The notes under the pieces: generated by a model
The model's database searches: none
What the model was told of the DNA's origin: nothing
The model's input: only the letters and a program-made list of their open reading frames with translations
Shown here: in pieces, positions 59,001-64,000 of the stretch
Layout: every line of letters starts with the position of its first letter
Position numbering within the stretch: position 1 is the stretch's first letter
Program-made: the position numbers and the translations under genes
NCBI GenBank assembly: GCA_965140445.1
Contig: OZ223236.1
Coordinates: forward strand, 1,120,001 to 1,184,000
Origin: Candidatus Ozemobacteraceae bacterium
Lineage (GTDB): Bacteria; Muiribacteriota; Ozemobacteria; Ozemobacterales; Ozemobacteraceae
Length of the DNA: 64,000 bases
Direction of reading: 5' to 3'

Positions 59001-62000
59001 TTGTCATATTTCCCGTTGGGGATGAATACTTAGCAGTAGTTGACTGATAGGTCGTTACATTAATGGAATCAATGTTTGGACCTCTGGATCTAATGTAAAG
59101 CTGACCTGCAAGCGCCACATCACTTTTGCCCTGGTTCCCTGCTTCGTCGTATCCGCCGGAAACATAGTAAGTGAAGGTTCCCTGGGAAGTATTGCTGGAA
59201 AACGGAGCGCTATTTACAAAACGTGCTGTTGTTGAGCTTACCCAGTTCTGGAAAGTGAATGACATAACTGTATTAGATGTGTCTCCAAGTCTTAAAACTG
59301 GTTGCCAGGCTGTTCCAACAGTTTGAGTCATGGGCTCATCAAATGTTACGTCAAACACCTGACTATTGGCAGGAGTGATGCCTATGGTTCCTGTAGGAAT
59401 TGCTGTAATAGCTGTTGGTGGCTGGTTATCCAACATAATCGGATAACTGGCATTCTGGAAGCCATTTATCGAAGTATCTTTGTCTGTTAGATTGTAGGAA
59501 AGTGAAGCCGTTTGTGAGAACGAAGTGGAGTTGCTAAATACATCAGTAAAGTTGCTGACTTTTACCATTGAATATTTTCGCTGGATGTTTCCAGATGCAG
59601 CTAAATCACTGTTATTTGCAAATCTGGCGACCGTTCTTACTATTCCGCCCTGATTGTGATCACTCCAGTTGATAAAGGTTGCTGTATCTTTTGCATTAAC
59701 CTGATCATTTTGAGTATAGAACTCCAGAACAGGAACTCTGGTTCTATCAATTGGAATGTATACATCAGCAGAAAGCGTTGCTGTATCAAAAGCTACTTCG
59801 TAGAAGAAGTTGCCTACCGGTTGGCCCTTTGCAAGCTGAATTCCTTGAGCACTGCTTGTAACTGCAGGTGAAACAGCAAGGGTTCTAATTGAAGGCGCGG
59901 CAATAGCCAAAGGATAAATGATTGGAGCAATTGGCGAAGCCTGGTCACCCTGAACTGGGTATCTGATATTTGAGTTGCCCCAAAGATCTTTAAATGCCCC
60001 ATTGTTACAAGCTATGTAGAATTTGCTGGTTCCCCAGTTAAGCATTGTTTTGAGAGCATCGGCTGTCAGTGGGATATGAACCGTTGTAGAAGCATAATCT
60101 GTATTTAAAGTTTTAAATGCAGCATAATCTACATTGGTTGTATTAAGCGGGAAGTATCCATTTGTCAGATCGGCCTGAGCATAGAGGTATACTCCTGAAA
60201 GATCTATAGGTAGATCTTTGCTTCTTTCAATGGTTTCAGCAAGGTTTTTGTATGGATCGCTATACAATCTTACTTTTCTTGCAGGAGAATTCTGGAACTC
60301 AATTGTAAGTATTGGTTGAGGTCCTGAAAGATTCAGTGATGAGCTGGCAACTGCAAATGATGTGTTGAGAGGGATCAACGTTCCTGCAGAAGCATTGTAA
60401 TAAGGAATCGGCGTGATTCTATTGCCGTCAAAATCTCTGATCAATGGTGCTGGATCAGTTGGTTTAGGCGGTTCATATTCGCTACCATTGATTTGGAAGG
60501 CGATCTGACTACCAGTTCTGGTGTAATTCATTGCGATCCAGTCCTGAGCCTGTTCAGAAAGTCTAATTTTAAGTCTTCTGGTTGTATCAAGACCGACAAT
60601 TGTGTCTGAAGCTGCAGAGCTGATAAATCTATATCTGTTGAGGTATGTGTCTGCAGGGTCACCTCTGTTAACCCAGATTGAAAGATTTCTCAATGTGTCA
60701 GTGCTGATAGTAGTAACGTCCATATCTTTATCGAAGTCTAGATATAAGAAATCTTTTTCAGCTGGTGAATTTGCATTATATGAACCACCCAACAGTTTTG
60801 GTCTGGTTGTATATGTGTTAGTTATAGTAACCGGGGTTGTGGCTACAGTTCTTGGCAAAGGAATAAGCCAGTTTCCAGCCATATCAAGAGCCAGTGGGTC
60901 TGAAGCTGTTGGAGCCATTCCTGCATATTGGGCTTCACCGGTTGAAGTATTATGGCTCACAGAAATATAAAGGTTCTTTTCTCCCCAGTCTGCGATAATT
61001 GCTTTGGTGTAAGAAGAAAGCATTACGTTTACACTGTTAGTATAGTAAGCTTCCATTACATAATCGTATTTTGGATTGAGTTTGGTGGCTGCACCAGGAA
61101 TTTGAACGTCCGCATGGTCTGATTTATAGCCAAGGCGATAGAATTCCAATTGCCCCTGAACAGATACTGGATCAACCAGTTCGCTAAAGTTCATGGTAAG
61201 TAAAGTTCCATTGTAAAAGGCACCTGTGAGTTGAGGTCTTTTTGTATCAACTGCAAGCTGGTGTTCTGCTACAGCCCTGTTTCCTGAACCATCTCTAACA
61301 TATAGATAGAAGGTTCTAGTGGCAAGATCAAAGGTGTTTGTAGCCAATTCCAATGGATTTGAATAAACGGTAAGAGCATTCTGGACATTTCCCAATCTGT
61401 GAGTTGAAGTTCCATCGATCGGTGAAAGGTCAACATAAGCCATTCCGTTTCCAGTAAGGTCTGCAGCATTTAAAACTGTTACTGAGGCAACAAGTCCGTC
61501 TGGAGCAACTCTGTCTCCGTAAGCTGCAGTATAACCGTCTCCTACGTTTCCAACCCAGTTTGGTGCGTATCTGTTTTCAACTCTTAACTGAGATGAAGTT
61601 ATCTGTGGAGGATTGTTATCAATTGTAAATGTTGCTGGTTTTACTGAGCTATTCACAAAGTTCTCTGCATCATCGGAAACCAGAATTCTATAGTTGGCAG
61701 TAACGCCATCCATGCTTGGCCAACCAGTCAGCGTGGTAGTTGCAACACGGAATTGCGCTTCCCAATAATTGGTTGCTGGCATTTGATACAAAGGAGTCTG
61801 GAAGATTTCTGTAACATTGTCTGGCATTAGTAGAACAGCAGTTACAGATCCTGGATCGCTGAATTTATCTATTGTGGCGCCAATCTGAAGAAGGTCATCA
61901 ATGTTGATGACATTTGAAGCAATGTTGTCGCCGTTTTCATTTAGAACATCCAGATGGGCGTTAGTAACACTTGGAATGAGTGTGTCGATTCCAAATGGAT

Positions 62001-63999
62001 TGTCTGGATCGCATTGAATTGTAGTCGATGCCAGGACAATTGAGCTTGCATCAGGATGAAGAACTCTTACGCCAAAGCTTGCGATATTAGTATCAATTCC
62101 GCCAGCTTGAACAGTAAATGTATCTCTATAAACATAGTTACCAGCTCCGCTGATTGGGAATGGCTGATATGTGAGTGGAGTCCAATATGTTTTTGGATCA
62201 CCATCATTGAAAGATGCAGCGGAATCGTCAGCTGGTGAGTTAACAAGACTTCTTACGTTTGCCAACACAGTTGCTGCCGGAGTATTGTCGGTTCTGTAAA
62301 CAGAAGAAAGAACACATGTGATTGTTACCTGATCCCCTGGGTTAGCAATATTATTGGCTCCCCAGGTTGGAACTACATCAGATGTGAGATCTGCTCTGGT
62401 AGAAGGATAATTTGCGAAAACAGGAGTCTTTGATAGGAAACGGATTTCATTGGTATAACCATAGGTCATGTTTCCTGAAGCATCGTAGGCAAGAATTGTT
62501 AATGATGCCAATGTTCCAAGCCCTTCTGGAACTGTCCAGTCATAAGTATATTCGTTTCCACCAAAAGCGTTAGGTGGGAAAAGAGTAGGACTTGGTGGGG
62601 TTAAGCCATTAGCAAGATAGAGGTTGGTGAAATCGATCATTGGAAGAATTCCATCGTGATTGTTCACTCTTACCTTGATTTGAATTACATCGTTGAGATT
62701 GGCTTCGTTAAGGCGTCCGTTATCCACTTTGAATGAAATCGGATACATTTCAAGTTTGGCTGGACTGTTGTCAACCTTAACTGTGGTTGCGCAGGTTTGA
62801 ATAACCTGGTTGCCGTTTTTATCTGTAAGTGTAACGGTTAAAGCTACGTCCTGGTTGTTAGTTGTTCCTCGCAGTGGAGTTAAATCAGCAGTTGCTCTCC
62901 AGCCAGTAGATATTGGTATGCAGGCAACTTCGCTGGCAGTAGTTGAATATCCTAATGGAGTCAGGTCTACGGTTAGAGTTCCTATATCGCCTGCAGCTCC
63001 ATTGATAGTTACTTCCAATCTCAAAACATCTGTAGCAATGCTTGGGAAAGTTGTATAAACCCCATCCAGATCAACAATCGTGTTTCCATTATTGTCATAA
63101 ACCTGGGTGTTTGTACAAGAAGTAATGGTTAGTGGCTTGTTATCTATGAATAGAGGATCAGTGCTTTTCAAAGCTCTGTTTCCAGCATTGTCGGTTATTT
63201 CAACAACCATCGATTGACTTGCGCCATCAGTATTTCCGACCAATACAGTGTGCTCATAGCCGTAAATTCCATCGTTTGCAAGACTGTCAGAATGAGCGCC
63301 ATCATCGTAAAGAGGCTGTGCAGCGTTTCCACCAAGACTTGTAAGGTTTATAATCGGGGTTCCGCCATCAAGTCTGGTTAAATCTACTTTTGCATATACA
63401 GTTACGATGTCGCCAATATTAACAACTCCGGCTTTTCCTTTTTGCTCAAGGTAAGTTGCTGAAGCATATTCAATTGTTGGAGGAACACAATCAACTTCCA
63501 TCGTTGGGGAGAGAGAGTTCATTGTGTTGCCAGCTTTATCGCTTACTATAGCTCTGAAAACATAACTGGTGTTTTCCATGGCAGCTGCAAGACAATCGTG
63601 AACATAATAATATCTCTGCAGAACTGCATCATAATTTATGATTTGAGCGCTGGAGCCGCCAACATGAGAAAGGTCGAGGGTGCAGGTTCCGTAATCCTGA
63701 TCAGGAACAGGAATGATAAACTCAAGTCTATCGCCCACATTAACCACACCAGATTTGTTCAGGTCGGTCATGAAGTTAACTACCATTGGGCCAACATCCG
63801 GTGGTTTGTTGTCAATCATGACATTTATGGCTGAGGTAACAGAGTTTTCAGCGTTATCTTTGGCGATTACATTGAAATAGGACTGGTTATTTAAAGTTCC
63901 AGGCTGAACGGTTACAGTTGCTGTATATGAGCCGATTCCGTCATAGGTCATTGTAACTGGAGCAGTTTCACCAAAAGCACTAAGGTCAATCTGAACTGT
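56038..63999 (-). CDS. Giant Ig-like repeat surface protein with FlgD-Ig-like domains and a T9SS type A-like C-terminal domain (5' end outside window)
   Basis: Frame stays open past the ORF-track start to the window edge (TVQIDLSAFGETAPVT|M); many D(K/N)AGN and D..PP repeats; C-terminal YPNP...KIYDVSG..V...W.L.N.SG..VANGVYI...KIAVLR. Confidence 0.88.
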   Translation of the reverse strand, partial: TVQIDLSAFGETAPVTMTYDGIGSYTATVTVQPGTLNNQSYFNVIAKDNAENSVTSAINVMIDNKPPDVGPMVVNFMTDLNKSGVVNVGDRLEFIIPVPDQDYGTCTLDLSHVGGSSAQIINYDAVLQRYYYVHDCLAAAMENTSYVFRAIVSDKAGNTMNSLSPTMEVDCVPPTIEYASATYLEQKGKAGVVNIGDIVTVYAKVDLTRLDGGTPIINLTSLGGNAAQPLYDDGAHSDSLANDGIYGYEHTVLVGNTDGASQSMVVEITDNAGNRALKSTDPLFIDNKPLTITSCTNTQVYDNNGNTIVDLDGVYTTFPSIATDVLRLEVTINGAAGDIGTLTVDLTPLGYSTTASEVACIPISTGWRATADLTPLRGTTNNQDVALTVTLTDKNGNQVIQTCATTVKVDNSPAKLEMYPISFKVDNGRLNEANLNDVIQIKVRVNNHDGILPMIDFTNLYLANGLTPPSPTLFPPNAFGGNEYTYDWTVPEGLGTLASLTILAYDASGNMTYGYTNEIRFLSKTPVFANYPSTRADLTSDVVPTWGANNIANPGDQVTITCVLSSVYRTDNTPAATVLANVRSLVNSPADDSAASFNDGDPKTYWTPLTYQPFPISGAGNYVYRDTFTVQAGGIDTNIASFGVRVLHPDASSIVLASTTIQCDPDNPFGIDTLIPSVTNAHLDVLNENGDNIASNVINIDDLLQIGATIDKFSDPGSVTAVLLMPDNVTEIFQTPLYQMPATNYWEAQFRVATTTLTGWPSMDGVTANYRILVSDDAENFVNSSVKPATFTIDNNPPQITSSQLRVENRYAPNWVGNVGDGYTAAYGDRVAPDGLVASVTVLNAADLTGNGMAYVDLSPIDGTSTHRLGNVQNALTVYSNPLELATNTFDLATRTFYLYVRDGSGNRAVAEHQLAVDTKRPQLTGAFYNGTLLTMNFSELVDPVSVQGQLEFYRLGYKSDHADVQIPGAATKLNPKYDYVMEAYYTNSVNVMLSSYTKAIIADWGEKNLYISVSHNTSTGEAQYAGMAPTASDPLALDMAGNWLIPLPRTVATTPVTITNTYTTRPKLLGGSYNANSPAEKDFLYLDFDKDMDVTTISTDTLRNLSIWVNRGDPADTYLNRYRFISSAASDTIVGLDTTRRLKIRLSEQAQDWIAMNYTRTGSQIAFQINGSEYEPPKPTDPAPLIRDFDGNRITPIPYYNASAGTLIPLNTSFAVASSSLNLSGPQPILTIEFQNSPARKVRLYSDPYKNLAETIERSKDLPIDLSGVYLYAQADLTNGYFPLNTTNVDYAAFKTLNTDYASTTVHIPLTADALKTMLNWGTSKFYIACNNGAFKDLWGNSNIRYPVQGDQASPIAPIIYPLAIAAPSIRTLAVSPAVTSSAQGIQLAKGQPVGNFFYEVAFDTATLSADVYIPIDRTRVPVLEFYTQNDQVNAKDTATFINWSDHNQGGIVRTVARFANNSDLAASGNIQRKYSMVKVSNFTDVFSNSTSFSQTASLSYNLTDKDTSINGFQNASYPIMLDNQPPTAITAIPTGTIGITPANSQVFDVTFDEPMTQTVGTAWQPVLRLGDTSNTVMSFTFQNWVSSTTARFVNSAPFSSNTSQGTFTYYVSGGYDEAGNQGKSDVALAGQLYIRSRGPNIDSINVTTYQSTTAKYSSPTGNMTNYPFSPYVAPGIATITATFLTAPTNSTLWAHLYQGESSLASFPMTVSGLTGTAKWDGTIGGTLIGMTGPTKYDLRIYDDAGNEGSKRGSITYDGQKPKVSSWNYTNVKTYLGKAYFSPAVNSFVKVDVFGPSSGQELFMRLTGPVTPSSPGTATDSFPMTALSGGGYTISYDGQNTSVPAGTLTDGDYLVSLVDKAGNLAEPLGGSGNATSTLTVDRTAPTISSIQAFRVDNGAAVTRFNPRVTQLKIAVNTTDPTVASGTAMVRITAGSSLIKEIPLEGPPLIAVWDGTDTNLQPVVDGTYKVSVIDLAENVSTQATLDVAVVNSVFKITDVTQVDRNNIRLTFSHDVNATDAQNPNLYTITPSNPVGIGAASPIVVSGKTVTIPLNQPVTHALLYTVTITPGFRSIDDDPIAAGNNSAQFTADGQGPLIANITYDGLSSQKKFNIVFDETIDAVTSQQAGNYSLTSGTDTVAIESVSLRADLKSVTITAFDDIVETKNYTIVASGVKDLYGNYSNGDTARVTFQGQDITPPVLTITAFSNPANEYDISVAVSSNEDLSGAPTAVITQSGGTAVSLVLNAGPNNRLFIGGAHLDMNYPGVATIQVTGKDVSTNVGTANLSFSTAYVNASVRAEVKSPDNLLTAVFEPGTLKENSVVTIVPEGLTKVGESTSRAARIVPTVFANLTSTQLESIRASTIEGYGATELIPTGKAYTMNLPSGRMAGQALMQMSVDAEDLNPQVGLYVSDMNLGWKAVDATIENGQLRFAASSGGTFALMKDTLAPRVSIRTQITSEPIREAKPVFDWNLEELGSGVDVNSLVVVLNGKEFPAMINEEAGQVRFTPASALVGGDYTMSLKVADKAGNKTISPEIRFAVLPPVAIYEVVQYPNPARSKVALRVSTNRPDVDWGELEVKIYDVSGHKVADSSNLSLRAGFDGVRRTQDIVWNLRNQSGKYVANGVYIAKITLRDPDNWNQKSKYIHKIAVLR

Positions 64000-64000
64000 T

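Noticed and set aside
366..63834. Numerous 60-128 aa ORFs in the track overlapping longer genes
   Set aside because: Antisense or alternate-frame shadows of well-supported genes, with no recognisable motifs

Overview
Gene-dense, AT-rich bacterial chromosomal window from a diderm organism; gene content and style suggest a deep-branching lineage such as Ca. Riflebacteria (inference only). I saw no rRNA, tRNA, CRISPR array, IS or prophage. In order: the tail of a nonulosonic-acid locus (NeuB/PseI SAF domain, PseH-like GNAT, Maf-type transferase); ferredoxin-hutH-hutI-DAHP synthase; MgtE; secreted PfpI; AraC; methionine gamma-lyase; an iron-chelate/B12-type ABC transporter; a PilX-like protein; and a sensor kinase/sigma54 activator pair facing a secreted helical protein that has a near-consensus sigma54 promoter and three palindromic enhancer-like sites. 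Next come an envelope operon (NAGPA-like, SpoIVB peptidase, mlaEFD with a barrel-tailed MlaD), punA-prfA-prmC-tsaC, an MCP, rlmN-PASTA-pseudokinase-rpe and a type IV pilus cluster. The window ends with a >2650 aa Ig-repeat protein carrying a T9SS-like C-terminal domain, followed by a TPR lipoprotein and a PorV-family barrel. The strongest leads are (1) the apparently split PrkC-like kinase with a degenerate active site, (2) the T9SS-like cargo/lipoprotein/PorV module, (3) the sigma54 enhancer regulon and (4) a PilD lacking its catalytic aspartates. All assignments come from motifs read by eye; no searches were run.
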